Below, piece by piece: positions 30,637 through 40,424 of a stretch of DNA of 64,000 bases. The stretch spans positions 1,472,001 to 1,536,000 of the forward strand of contig OZ242372.1 in NCBI GenBank assembly GCA_965209035.1. Reading direction: 5' to 3'. The DNA comes from Gammaproteobacteria bacterium (lineage in GTDB: Bacteria; Pseudomonadota; Gammaproteobacteria; CBDBNL01; JAAOII01). A program made the translations under genes and the position numbers. Under the pieces are notes generated by a model that saw only the letters and a program-made list of their open reading frames with translations, had not been told where the DNA came from and searched no databases. Position 1 is the first letter of the stretch; every line of letters begins with the position of its first letter.

Positions 30637-31797
30637 ATGATGCATACCGAACCCGTTAGTACTTCGCCGGCGGCGAGACAGTCGCCGGCGGCGAATGCCC
30701 CGGTCCTGTCCGAACGGGCGGCCGAACTCCACAAGAATGCCCTGGTGATAGACGGGCATAACCAGATTATGATGGACCTGTTTCGCCGGCGCGACCGCGG
30801 TGAGACACGGGTCTTTGATACCGTCTGGGCCCCCAAACTGCGTGCCGGCGGTCTGAATGCCATAGAAATGGTGGTGGGCTCCAATTCGCCCTGTCTGGCA
30901 TATATGACCGATCACTTGCTATGGGGGATGCTCACGCAAATAGATATGATGGAACAGGAGCAAGCGGAGTCGTCCTCTTTTCGGATTTGCCGGACGGTGG
31001 CGGAAATCCGCCGGACGGTGGCGGAAGACAAGATCGCGGTGCTGCTCAAAGTGGAGTCGGCGCGTGCGCTGGACGGCAATCCGCAGGAACTTAATCCGGC
31101 ACTACTCCGCACCCTTTATCGTTTGGGGCTGCGCACGCTCTGTCTGGTCTCTTCGGGGCGGACCATGATGGGAGACGGAACGGGTGAGCGGGACGCGCTT
31201 GCCGGACTGACAAATTTTGGCGAGGCGATCATTGGCGAGATGGAGCAACTCGGTATGCCCGTGGATGTGTGCCAGATGCCGGATCGGATGTTTTACGATG
31301 TGTTGAATGTCGCCACCAAGCCCTTAATAGACAGCCACAGTAATGTCTATTCGGTTTCGGATCATCCGCGCAATCTTAAAGACGAGCGAATTCGCGCGAT
31401 GGCAAAAAACGGCGGCGTGATGGGGCTTTGTTTCATTAAAGAATACTTGCGACGCGGGGCAATGAACAACAACGATGCCACCATAGACGATCTGGTACAC
31501 CAAATTGACTATATTGCCAATTTGACCGGCTCGGCGGATCATGTTTGCATTGGCTCGGATGTGGATGAGTTTGATAATTTTCGCAATATATTCAATTGCT
31601 GGAGCCCCTATCCCGGCTCCATTGAAGGGATTCAGACGGGGATTCCCAAAGCGGGAATCATTCTGGACGAGTTGCGCCCCGTGGAAAACATGGGACTGAT
31701 CACCGATGCTCTTTTAAGACACAACTTCAAAGAAGAGGATATCCGCAAGATTTTGGGTGAAAACCTGATGCGGGTGTATGCGGAAACGATAGGGTAA
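30637..31797 (+). CDS. Membrane dipeptidase (peptidase M19) family protein, atypical ligands
   Basis: VIDGHN, GLTNFG, DSHSN, HPRNL, IGSD and KILGENLMRV motifs. Confidence 0.88.
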   Translation: MMHTEPVSTSPAARQSPAANAPVLSERAAELHKNALVIDGHNQIMMDLFRRRDRGETRVFDTVWAPKLRAGGLNAIEMVVGSNSPCLAYMTDHLLWGMLTQIDMMEQEQAESSSFRICRTVAEIRRTVAEDKIAVLLKVESARALDGNPQELNPALLRTLYRLGLRTLCLVSSGRTMMGDGTGERDALAGLTNFGEAIIGEMEQLGMPVDVCQMPDRMFYDVLNVATKPLIDSHSNVYSVSDHPRNLKDERIRAMAKNGGVMGLCFIKEYLRRGAMNNNDATIDDLVHQIDYIANLTGSADHVCIGSDVDEFDNFRNIFNCWSPYPGSIEGIQTGIPKAGIILDELRPVENMGLITDALLRHNFKEEDIRKILGENLMRVYAETIG

Positions 31798-32583
31798 TCC
31801 CCCAATCGCGCCCGCTCAATTCGTCAATCTTTCAGAACCGTTGCGTAAACGCGTAACAAATTGCCGCCGGTAATGGAGGCAATATCCTCGCTCTTGTAAT
31901 TCAGTTTTGCCGGGGCGTCCCGGACTTTTTCCGCACCCGCGCCCGCCGGCGAATCGAACCTCCGCAAGATTTTGGGTGAGAACCTAAAAATTGACGCGGG
32001 TGCGTGCGGAAACTGTGATGGTTGGGGGTGTGGGGGTGATCCCTCAATCGCGCCCGCTCAATTCGTCAATCTTTCAGAATCGTTGCGTAAACGCGTAACA
32101 AATTGCCGCCGGTAATGGCGGCAATATCCTCGCTCTTGTAATTCAGTTTTGTTAGGGCGTCCCGGACTTTTTCGGTGCCCGCGCCCGCCGGCGAATCCGG
32201 CGCCCGCTCAGTCCGTCAATCTTTCAGAACTGTTGCGTAAACGCGTAACAAATTGCCGCCGGTAATGGCGGCAATATCCTCGCTCTTGTAATTCAGTTTT
32301 GCCAGGGTGCCCCGGGTTTTTTCGATGCCCGCGCCCGCCGGCGAATCTTGCTCCCGCAAGATTTTGGGTGAGAACCTAAAAATTGACGCGGGTGCGTGCG
32401 GAAACTGTAATCGTTGGGGGTGACCCCCAATCCCTCAATCGCCGCCCGCTCATTTCGTCAATCTTTCAGAACCGTTGCGTAAACGCGTAACAAATTGCCG
32501 CCGGTAATGGCGGCAATATCCTCGCTCTTGTAGTTCAGTTTTGTCAGGGCGTCCCGGACTTTTTCCGCGCCTGCCGGCGAATC
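31743..32583. repeat. Tandem array of the junction between the two convergent dipeptidase genes (4 copies; spacing 242/150/242 bp)
   Basis: GTCAATCTTTCAGAAyyGTTGCGTAAACGCGTAACAAATTGCCGCCGGTAATGG, stop-codon copies at 31824, 32066, 32216 and 32458; CCGCAAGATTTTGGGTGA at 31743, about 31962 and about 32354. Confidence 0.95.
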
Positions 32584-33534
32584 CAGCCCCTCCGCATAAT
32601 CATTATCTCGTTCGGTAAAGGCAATGCCGTTCACCAGTCCCGGATGCCTTTCGTAGCGGGTGGGTGTTTTGGTGTGCATTCCGGAAATATCGCCGCCCAA
32701 GGCGATGTGTTTTGTGCCGACCAGGCCGGCGATATGCTCTATATGGCGAACCAGATCGCCAACATCGGGTGATTTCTTGTCGCGCGCAATTAAATCGGCA
32801 TAAAAACTTAACGCCATAACCCCGCCGCCTGCCGCCAAATGCTTAATGCGCTCATCGGTAAGATTGAGCGGGTGCGGACAAACGACCGCGGCATTGGCGC
32901 GGCTGTTCAGCAGGGGCATGTCCGTCAGTTGGCGAATGTGGTCAAATCCTTCGTTGTTAATGGCCGCCGTATCTATGACCATTCCCAACCGCTCCATCTC
33001 GGCGACGACATCTTTGCCGAAGTAGGTCAGGCGACCGCGTGTGCGCGCTTCGGCAACCCCGTCGGCGATGCGGTTGCGGCCGTATCCGCTCAGTTGCACC
33101 GCCCGCACACCCAGCCGCCAAAAATGGCGCAAGTTGGAAAGTGTGTTCAGATTCGCCTTTCCTTCCAGCGGGCGTCCGCCGCCCAAACAAAGAAGGATAC
33201 CCAGTTTTTCGGGATGCCGGCTTAAATCCAAGTCCGCCCGGCAACGGATGAGATACCATTGCCCGCTGTCCTTTTGTTCTTCCTCGGTCTGTGCTTCCTG
33301 CTGGCGGAGAACAACATCCAGATAATTCATCGCATTCCAGAAGTAGTTTTCCGATGCGGTGTTGAGCACCCGAGTTACCCAATCGCCGCCCAGGTCCAGG
33401 CCGAGCCGCGAGATTCCGGCCGCCAGCATCGGCTGTGCCAGATGTTTGCCCAGACTGTACTTGCCCGTGGCGTAAAAATCGGCGCAGATCTGTTCGGGGA
33501 TATGTGCGTGGGCGAGGGTTATTTTTGTTTGCAT
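32458..33534 (-). CDS. Peptidase M19-like protein, probably catalytically degenerate
   Basis: LGVRAVQL, LTYFGKDVVAEMERLGMVID, HPLNLTDE, HIALGGD and GGNLLRV; metal-binding His/Glu residues missing. Confidence 0.82.
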   Translation of the reverse strand: MQTKITLAHAHIPEQICADFYATGKYSLGKHLAQPMLAAGISRLGLDLGGDWVTRVLNTASENYFWNAMNYLDVVLRQQEAQTEEEQKDSGQWYLIRCRADLDLSRHPEKLGILLCLGGGRPLEGKANLNTLSNLRHFWRLGVRAVQLSGYGRNRIADGVAEARTRGRLTYFGKDVVAEMERLGMVIDTAAINNEGFDHIRQLTDMPLLNSRANAAVVCPHPLNLTDERIKHLAAGGGVMALSFYADLIARDKKSPDVGDLVRHIEHIAGLVGTKHIALGGDISGMHTKTPTRYERHPGLVNGIAFTERDNDYAEGLDSPAGAEKVRDALTKLNYKSEDIAAITGGNLLRVYATVLKD

Positions 33535-33578
33535 TTTTATTTTCGTTTTTGTTTTTGTTTTAATTGAATAGTTTGTTG

Positions 33579-34634
33579 TTAGATTCTCAGGCGTTCGCCT
33601 TGTTCGTCAAAGTAATAAATCTTGTCCGCGGGTACGGAAAACCCAATCTTGTCGCCGATAGTGCCGCGAAAAGTTTTGAAAACTTTTGCGGTAACGGATG
33701 TGCCGTTTGGTTCGCGCAGAGTGATCAAAGTGGAGTCGCCCAGCAGCTCTACCGAGAAAATCTTGCCGGTGATAGCGGACCGGTCGGCCGCACCGGGTGT
33801 CATGGTCTCGGCACGAATACCCAGAGTGCACTTCCGATTGCCAATCTTGGACGAAACCGGAATGCGAAGATTGCCGCAATGAAAGACGCCGCCCCGTGTC
33901 TTGCCGTCCAGCAAATTCATTGCCGGCGAGCCGACAAAACCGGCAACAAACACATTGTCCGGGTCGGTGTAAATTTCTTCCGGCGTGCCTAACTGGCGAA
34001 TTTCGCCCTTCTCCATCACGGCGACTCTGTCCGCCAGGGTCATGGCTTCCACCTGATCGTGGGTGACAAAGATCGTCGTTACTTTTAGAGTGTGTTGCAG
34101 GTGTTTCAATTCGGCGCGCATACTCAGACGCAGTTTTGCATCCAGATTGGAAAGCGGTTCATCCATCAAAAAACAATTCGGTTGGCGGACCATCGCCCGC
34201 GCCAAGGCAACTCTCTGCCGCTGACCGCCGGACAGAGCGCGCGGCTTGCGGTCCAAAAACTGTTCCATCTCCACCATGCGCGCCGCCCAAAGAATTTTCT
34301 CCTTGTGTTCGGCGGCCGGGACGCCGCGCATCTTCAGCGGAAAGCGGATGTTTTCGTAGGTACTTAAGTGCGGGTACAACCCGTAAGATTGAAAGACCAT
34401 TGCAATATCTCGGTCCTTCGGCTCCAGGTCGTTCACTACCTGATCGCCTATGCGAATTTCTCCTTCCGTCGGGTCTTCCAACCCGGCTATCATGCGCATG
34501 GTCGTGGTCTTGCCGCAACCGGAGGGACCCAACAGCACCAGAAATTCGCGATCGCGGATGTGCAGGTTGATGTTGCGTGCGCCGTAAAAACCTTGCCATT
34601 GTTTGGTCAGATTGGTGAGTTTGATTTCCGCCAT
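33579..34634 (-). CDS. Carbohydrate ABC transporter ATP-binding protein (MalK/UgpC-like)
   Basis: GPSGCGKTT, LSGGQRQRVALARA and DEPLSNLDAKLR motifs; TOBE tail. Confidence 0.96.
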   Translation of the reverse strand: MAEIKLTNLTKQWQGFYGARNINLHIRDREFLVLLGPSGCGKTTTMRMIAGLEDPTEGEIRIGDQVVNDLEPKDRDIAMVFQSYGLYPHLSTYENIRFPLKMRGVPAAEHKEKILWAARMVEMEQFLDRKPRALSGGQRQRVALARAMVRQPNCFLMDEPLSNLDAKLRLSMRAELKHLQHTLKVTTIFVTHDQVEAMTLADRVAVMEKGEIRQLGTPEEIYTDPDNVFVAGFVGSPAMNLLDGKTRGGVFHCGNLRIPVSSKIGNRKCTLGIRAETMTPGAADRSAITGKIFSVELLGDSTLITLREPNGTSVTAKVFKTFRGTIGDKIGFSVPADKIYYFDEQGERLRI

Positions 34635-34746
34635 AGTATTCTTTGTTTTCTTTGGTTAATATTAGTTTAAAACTGTCTTCTTTAATTGGCAATTAGTTTT
34701 GCTCTAATTTTTGATTAGTCTTTACTTAATCCTTAACCCTTAACCC

Positions 34747-35622
34747 TTAACCTTTGACAGCCCCTTGTACCAAACCGGAAACGATCTGCCGTTGGAAAAA
34801 CAGAACCACGATGATAATCGGCAGGGTAATGGAGATGGCTCCCGCGGCGGAAATAGACCAAAAACGAATGTCTTCCGCGCCGAACTCGGAAATGGCGACG
34901 GGCATGGTAGCGGCGTTGAGTCCGGTCAAAATCAACGGCATCAAGAATTCGTTATAGGCGAGCAGGAAAGTGAACAAGGCGGTGGAAATGACGCCGGGCC
35001 ACATCACCGGGACAATCACTTTGAGAAATGCCCGGAAGCGACTGCATCCGTCCACCATTGCCGCTTCTTCCAGTTCTTTGGGGATTGTCATAAAGAAAGA
35101 GCGTAGCATCCATATGGTGAACGGCTGATTGATGGATACCATCACCAAAATTAAAAGCAGATGGGTGTCATACAGGCCCGTGATGCGGGAAATATAAAAG
35201 AAGGGGATGACAAACACCATGCGCGGCAGGGCGCGAAAAATCAGCGCAAAAAAGAGCAGCCAGAAACCGAGACGCCCGGGGTAGCGCGCCAGGGCATAGC
35301 CGGCCAGGCAGCCGATGGAAATGGAAATGACGACCGTGCCGACGGTCACGATCATGGAGTTGATGAAAAAATAAGTGAACCCTTCTTCCAGCCACAGAGT
35401 GCCGTAATGTTCAAAGGTGGGGCGAAACAGCCAGACGGGCGGGTTGGCAAAGGCGTCCTTGGTCTCTTTTACGGAGGTGAGAAAAGTCCATAAAAACGGA
35501 AAGGCGCAAACGAGAACCCAAAATGCCATAGCAACATAAATGAACGATGCGGAAAAACGCCGCCCGGCGGCGGTATCCGTCTTAAAAAAAGCGAGGCGTT
35601 TGGTGTTCATCTTGGTATTCAT
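34747..35622 (-). CDS. Carbohydrate ABC transporter permease (MalG-like)
   Basis: IPKELEEAAMVDG EAA motif; 6 TM segments. Confidence 0.95.
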   Translation of the reverse strand: MNTKMNTKRLAFFKTDTAAGRRFSASFIYVAMAFWVLVCAFPFLWTFLTSVKETKDAFANPPVWLFRPTFEHYGTLWLEEGFTYFFINSMIVTVGTVVISISIGCLAGYALARYPGRLGFWLLFFALIFRALPRMVFVIPFFYISRITGLYDTHLLLILVMVSINQPFTIWMLRSFFMTIPKELEEAAMVDGCSRFRAFLKVIVPVMWPGVISTALFTFLLAYNEFLMPLILTGLNAATMPVAISEFGAEDIRFWSISAAGAISITLPIIIVVLFFQRQIVSGLVQGAVKG

Positions 35623-36476
35623 CGCTCCGCTGTTTGCTCTTTATAGGTCATATATAAAAATGGCACCAACAGAATGAAGATGCCGACCAGCGTCAGCAAT
35701 GCCACGGAGCTGCCTTTCGCCACGGAGTCTTGCAGGATCGCGATGCGGTAATTGTAAAATTGCAGACTTTCCGTTCCGTGCGAGCCTTTGGTCATCACGA
35801 CGATGGGGTCAAAAATACGATAGGCATCCATCAAACTGATGATGGTCACAAAAATAACAAGCGATTGCAGGTGCGGGATCACCACATAAATCAGTCGCTG
35901 CCAAGCCCCCGCCCCGTCAACGATGGCCGCTTCCAGGCTGTCTTGCGGAACGGATTGAAGACCGGCAAAAAATACGATAATGGCAAAGGGAGTGACATGC
36001 CAGATGCTGTGCAGAATCAGCAGGCTGCGCGCCGCCGTTTGGCTGGCAAACCAATGCACTTTTAATCCGAGTAATTCGAGCAGATAAGAAACAAAACCGA
36101 AATCGCGAAATAACCAGGCGAAGACCAAAGTGCCGACAACGGGAGTGACGATGAACGGCAGCAGAGACGCCGAAATGACCGTGCCGCGCAGCCACTTGGT
36201 TTTGATGCGGTTGATGCCGAGGGCGACCGCCAGCCCGAGTATCAGTTGTGCCGGCAGCGTAATGAAAGTGTATATGAGAGTGAATTGCAACGAAGCCCAG
36301 AAACTTGCATCCGAGATGATTTCCCGGTAATTTTGAATGCCAACCCAGTTGAGTGTCCCTGCGTAAGAAAAACGATGAAATCCGAGCCAAATCGCCAATA
36401 TTAGCGGCACCAACATCAGTCCGAACATCAAGAGGATACTCGGCGACGAAAAATAAAGGAAACTGCGCAGTTTCAT
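35619..36476 (-). CDS. Carbohydrate ABC transporter permease (MalF-like)
   Basis: GLQSVPQDSLEAAIVDGA EAA motif; stop overlaps the next start. Confidence 0.95.
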   Translation of the reverse strand: MKLRSFLYFSSPSILLMFGLMLVPLILAIWLGFHRFSYAGTLNWVGIQNYREIISDASFWASLQFTLIYTFITLPAQLILGLAVALGINRIKTKWLRGTVISASLLPFIVTPVVGTLVFAWLFRDFGFVSYLLELLGLKVHWFASQTAARSLLILHSIWHVTPFAIIVFFAGLQSVPQDSLEAAIVDGAGAWQRLIYVVIPHLQSLVIFVTIISLMDAYRIFDPIVVMTKGSHGTESLQFYNYRIAILQDSVAKGSSVALLTLVGIFILLVPFLYMTYKEQTAER

Positions 36477-36561
36477 TTTTTGTAAAAGTGTGGTCTACCG
36501 AATACGGGCGGTTGCAACAAAGAGATGCTGTTTACAAAAGTTTGAATCTGTCATTGCTCTT

Positions 36562-37059
36562 TTAAGTTTTGTCGTCCCACCCTTTGCCGTTCAGGATGTC
36601 TATGTCGTGCTGGCGAAAAAAATCTATGATGTCCAGCAGCACCCAGTTGTCCACAATTTTACCGTCCTTCACTTCCCAGAAGTCCATATAACGCAAGCGG
36701 ATCTTTTTGTTGTTGTCGGGAGATCCCATGAGTCCCATGAATTCACCGACATGTGTCGCTTCCACATAGCCGGTGGCGGCCGCATACTTGCCTTCGGCAA
36801 GAAAGATATCCGGCTTGCCGCCCTTGTCGGGGAAGGCGTTCAAAAAAGGCCGCTGCCAGCCGTTTTGAAATTCCTTCAAACTGTTCTTGAGTCCCGCACC
36901 GGCGGGTCCCCGCCATTTTGCATCTTCGGCCCAATAGGCATCTTGCCCGTCAATCACATGACGATTAAGCGAAGCAAGCATTTCTTGCACCACTCGGCGC
37001 GTCTCTTCGGTTTGTCGTTTCGTTTCCGCTTCTGTCGGTTTGTTGTTTTCTGCGTTCAT
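36562..37059 (-). CDS. SnoaL-like ester cyclase / NTF2-fold protein
   Basis: FLNAFPD, ATHVGEFMG and MDFWEVKDGKIVDNWVLLD motifs. Confidence 0.85.
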   Translation of the reverse strand: MNAENNKPTEAETKRQTEETRRVVQEMLASLNRHVIDGQDAYWAEDAKWRGPAGAGLKNSLKEFQNGWQRPFLNAFPDKGGKPDIFLAEGKYAAATGYVEATHVGEFMGLMGSPDNNKKIRLRYMDFWEVKDGKIVDNWVLLDIIDFFRQHDIDILNGKGWDDKT

Positions 37060-37208
37060 CTTAGTTGTTATACATTATTTGTTAATTTAATTACTATTTT
37101 ATTGCTATTACTATTTTCAAAAATCCGCCGGTCTTTAATAAGAGCACCGAAGGTTTTTCTATTTTACATCTATTAAAACAAAATTGCCGCGCGGCACAAA
37201 TTGTGCGA

Positions 37209-37991
37209 TCATTGATCTGCCGAGGCGGCATCTGTATCCCGAATAGCACCGGCACTTTTTTCAATTTTTTTGTTGAATAAACAAAGGGTTCGCTCTTTTT
37301 TCTCGCCGGTTTCTTTTGGGTCCAAAAAATCAAAATACGGGCATTCATCGGCATACTTAAACCGAAACGAAGAATCAATGTTTTTGCCGCTTCCCATAAT
37401 TTTATCGCCATAATGTTTATGCAATATTTTGTTGGGGACACAGATTAGATTAATCTCTTCAACCGAAAGGTTTTCCTGATCGTAAACGATGCTAATGAGA
37501 TATGTTAAGCACGGTTTTTTGATTTCCTTGCCCGCTTCTTTTTTTGTATAGTATGCCGGCAAATTGCCTGCGATTTTTTTTGTTTTGTTTACATAATAAC
37601 TCGTTTGGTTTAATCCCAAGGGGATGCCATCTTTGTAGTCTCTTGTGTTTGTAGTCGCGGCTGTTTTAATGTCTATATGAACAAAAGCATTATAGGTTTC
37701 AAACATCATATCCGCCCCGATAGGAGAGGAATTGGGCATTCCAAATCGCTTGTAAAACCAATAGAAAATTCGTTTGGCACCTCTTGCAAATTCCGCATTT
37801 TTATTCGTACTCTTTTTTGCGAAGACATCCTTCCAATCGCCGCGTATTGTTTCTTTGGATGCCAACCCTTGTTTTATTTTTTCCAAATTTTGTGTAAAGA
37901 AATAATGCATATCTTGCAGATAATGATGTTCCCGGAACTCCATGCATTTCATTTCCTTCCGCTCTTTTGCCGTGATTTTGGAAGTGTTCAA
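37209..37991 (-). CDS. Type II restriction endonuclease, BglI/SfiI-like PD-(D/E)xK fold, possibly inactive
   Basis: SPIGAD..HIDIKT..NQTSY..NLP..CVPN..SGK..FRF motif order resembles BglI as recalled; adjacent to an MTase; low GC. Confidence 0.65.
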   Translation of the reverse strand: MNTSKITAKERKEMKCMEFREHHYLQDMHYFFTQNLEKIKQGLASKETIRGDWKDVFAKKSTNKNAEFARGAKRIFYWFYKRFGMPNSSPIGADMMFETYNAFVHIDIKTAATTNTRDYKDGIPLGLNQTSYYVNKTKKIAGNLPAYYTKKEAGKEIKKPCLTYLISIVYDQENLSVEEINLICVPNKILHKHYGDKIMGSGKNIDSSFRFKYADECPYFDFLDPKETGEKKERTLCLFNKKIEKSAGAIRDTDAASADQ

Positions 37992-39357
37992 TCTATTCTT
38001 GTGCGGTAATTTTTATGCAGATGTTTTATATTAATTTTCCCGACACGCTGTTTCATAATATCAATAAAGGAGTCTTGAATTTCTGTCAAAATACACCGTC
38101 GCCACATTTCCAAAGAGGAGACTCCAAAGAGATGATCCCGGTAGTGCCGCTGCCGGCAAACGGATCCGGAACAATGCCGTTTTCGGGACAACATGCCGTA
38201 ATAGCCAAACGGGGTATTTGTTTTGGGTAAATTGCAAAATGCTTGTAGGGAGTATTGGCAACCGGACATACAAACAGGTCTCCGGGGTTTTTACCTTTGG
38301 GGTGAGCGGAAACATCTTGTCTTTTTTTATATTCAACGGTCATTTGCTTGTCATAAGTATTATCAAACTTTAAGATATTTTTCAATTTCATCCAATCTTT
38401 TTTACCGGGATAGGAACCTCCCGCATCCGTTCTAAACCAGTGTCCCGCCTTATGTTGGTATTCCTTTTTATCCATTTTTGTGATGAGTTCCGCGATGGTT
38501 AGTTTATTTTTTACGAGTGCTTCCTTTAGGTAATCGGCCATTTTATTTTGAGAAACTTGAATATCGCGATAAATGGTCCACTGATCGCCATTAACCGAAA
38601 CGCGGGCTCCCGGCGAAGCCCCAAGATTCTTTGTTTGATTTGCAAACTTTCCGTTATATTGATTTTTTTTCTGCCCCTCAAAAAAATCAAGACTGTCCTG
38701 AGTTCTATTTTTGTCTTTAACTTTTTGATCCGCCATCAACATTTTTTCGGAGTTTTGTGGGAGCGACATCTTGTGCGGAACTCTTACGGCGTCCATGTTA
38801 AGATACACATTTTTTTCCCAGTCATTTTTTGTGAAGAAAAAGATCGGCTCATAAGTATTTGTAAACCTGCTTTTCACGGGTGAGGGCATGTGGTTGGGTT
38901 TATACCAGATGATCTGATTTCTTAATAACCAGCCTTTTTGCTGCATCCCAATAGCAACGCGCTGGGGTATCATCTGCAAGTTTTTGTCACAGTATGTATC
39001 ACCGATATTTAAGAAGTAAGCGCCGTCGTCTTTTAAAATTCTCATAATCTCATCGCCGACATCCGTGATTTTTTGAACATATTCCGCAGGATGCCTTTCG
39101 GTTCCAATTTGATCCGTTGTTTCATAATCTCTTAAATTCCAATAGGGTGGCGAAGTCACCACAACGGAGATGCTTTTACTCGGAATTTTTCTTAAGGCAT
39201 CAAAAACATCTCCTATCAAGACACTGGGGGTCTCATCTTGGGGCAGAGATAACCAATGCTCGGAATCTTCCGCGAACTTTTCGCGAGAAGATAAAACATT
39301 GAAACTGTTTGTATTTTGTTTTAGCATCAACTTATTAAATGTAAAAAATAACCTCAT
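37988..39357 (-). pseudogene. N4-C/N6-A DNA methyltransferase (beta class), frameshifted near the C-terminus
   Basis: TSPPY motif IV and DPFAGSGTT motif I; the natural tail LEMWRRCILTEIQDSFIDIMKQRV lies in another frame after a 14-bp duplication near 38109-38131. Confidence 0.85.
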
Positions 39358-39593
39358 AAAAATTATACGACCATATCGGTCAACGAGTTATAAAATATTG
39401 GATATTTTTATTTAATAGCAGACTTCAAACTCTTTAAACTAAAATTGTAATCTCGCAGTGTGAACTCAAGTAATTCGTATAAAATGATTCTTATGACAAC
39501 TCGGGTGACAGAGAAGTGTTGTGGCTATATGCGACAAGATTGTTATTTTTTAGATATTTGAAAATAACAAAGAATTGAAACAGAACAAGAGTG

Positions 39594-40424
39594 ATGAAAA
39601 TAGTATCCTTTAATGTAAACAGCCTGCGCAAGCGTTTGGAAAGCGGTCAGTTTCAGGCGATGGTTAAAAAACACGAACCGGACATCATCGGTCTGCAAGA
39701 AACCAAGGTGCGCGACCACGAGTTCCCGCTTGAAGCGGTAAGGAGTTTGGGATACGAGTGTGTATTTTTTGGCGAGCCGACACACTACGGGGTGGCGTTG
39801 CTTGCCAAATGCAAAATGGAAAACTCCTATTGCGGTTTTCCGGATGACGGGCCCGACAAGCAAAAACGCCTGGTCGGTGCCGCCTTTCCCCTGGCGGACG
39901 GGAGGCGATTGACGGTGATCAACGGTTACTTTCCGCAAGGGGAGAATCGCAATCACGAACGCAAGTTTCCTTACAAGCAATGGTTTTATGATCGTCTGAT
40001 GCGTCATCTGCGGGAGCAACATAATCCGGACGACCTGCTGGCGGTGATCGGCGATATGAATATCGCGCCGGAAGATACGGACATCGGCATCGGCGAGCAG
40101 AATGCCAAGCGTTGGCTGCGCGACGGCAAATGCGCTTTTTTACCGGAAGAAAGGGAGATGCTGGGGCGTCTGCGCGATTGGGGGCTTGTGGACAGTTTTC
40201 GCGCCCATCAACCCAACAATCACGATACTTACAGTTGGTTTGATTATCGCAGCCGAGGGTTTGATGTGGATCCCAAACGGGGACTGCGCATTGACCTGAT
40301 TATGGTCACCCCGGCATTGCAGAAACTCTGCGCGGATACGGGCATAGATTACGAGATTCGCGGCCTCAGTCGCCCCTCGGATCATGCGCCTGTCTGGGCG
40401 GCGTTTGATCTCGTTGGCGGCTGA
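39594..40424 (+). CDS. xth: Exodeoxyribonuclease III
   Basis: SFNVNSLR, GLQETKV, NGYFPQG, GDMNI, SWFDYRS and SDHAPV motifs. Confidence 0.96.
   Translation: MKIVSFNVNSLRKRLESGQFQAMVKKHEPDIIGLQETKVRDHEFPLEAVRSLGYECVFFGEPTHYGVALLAKCKMENSYCGFPDDGPDKQKRLVGAAFPLADGRRLTVINGYFPQGENRNHERKFPYKQWFYDRLMRHLREQHNPDDLLAVIGDMNIAPEDTDIGIGEQNAKRWLRDGKCAFLPEEREMLGRLRDWGLVDSFRAHQPNNHDTYSWFDYRSRGFDVDPKRGLRIDLIMVTPALQKLCADTGIDYEIRGLSRPSDHAPVWAAFDLVGG

Noticed and set aside
31743-32583. Diversity-generating retroelement (TR/VR pair) in the repeated gene 3' ends
   Set aside because: Differences between copies are not adenine-specific on either strand, include indels, and no reverse transcriptase is present in the window
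34726-34753. Telomere-like repeat (TTAACCC)n
   Set aside because: Only 3-4 units of 7 bp that include the permease stop codon; better explained as a local stutter duplication
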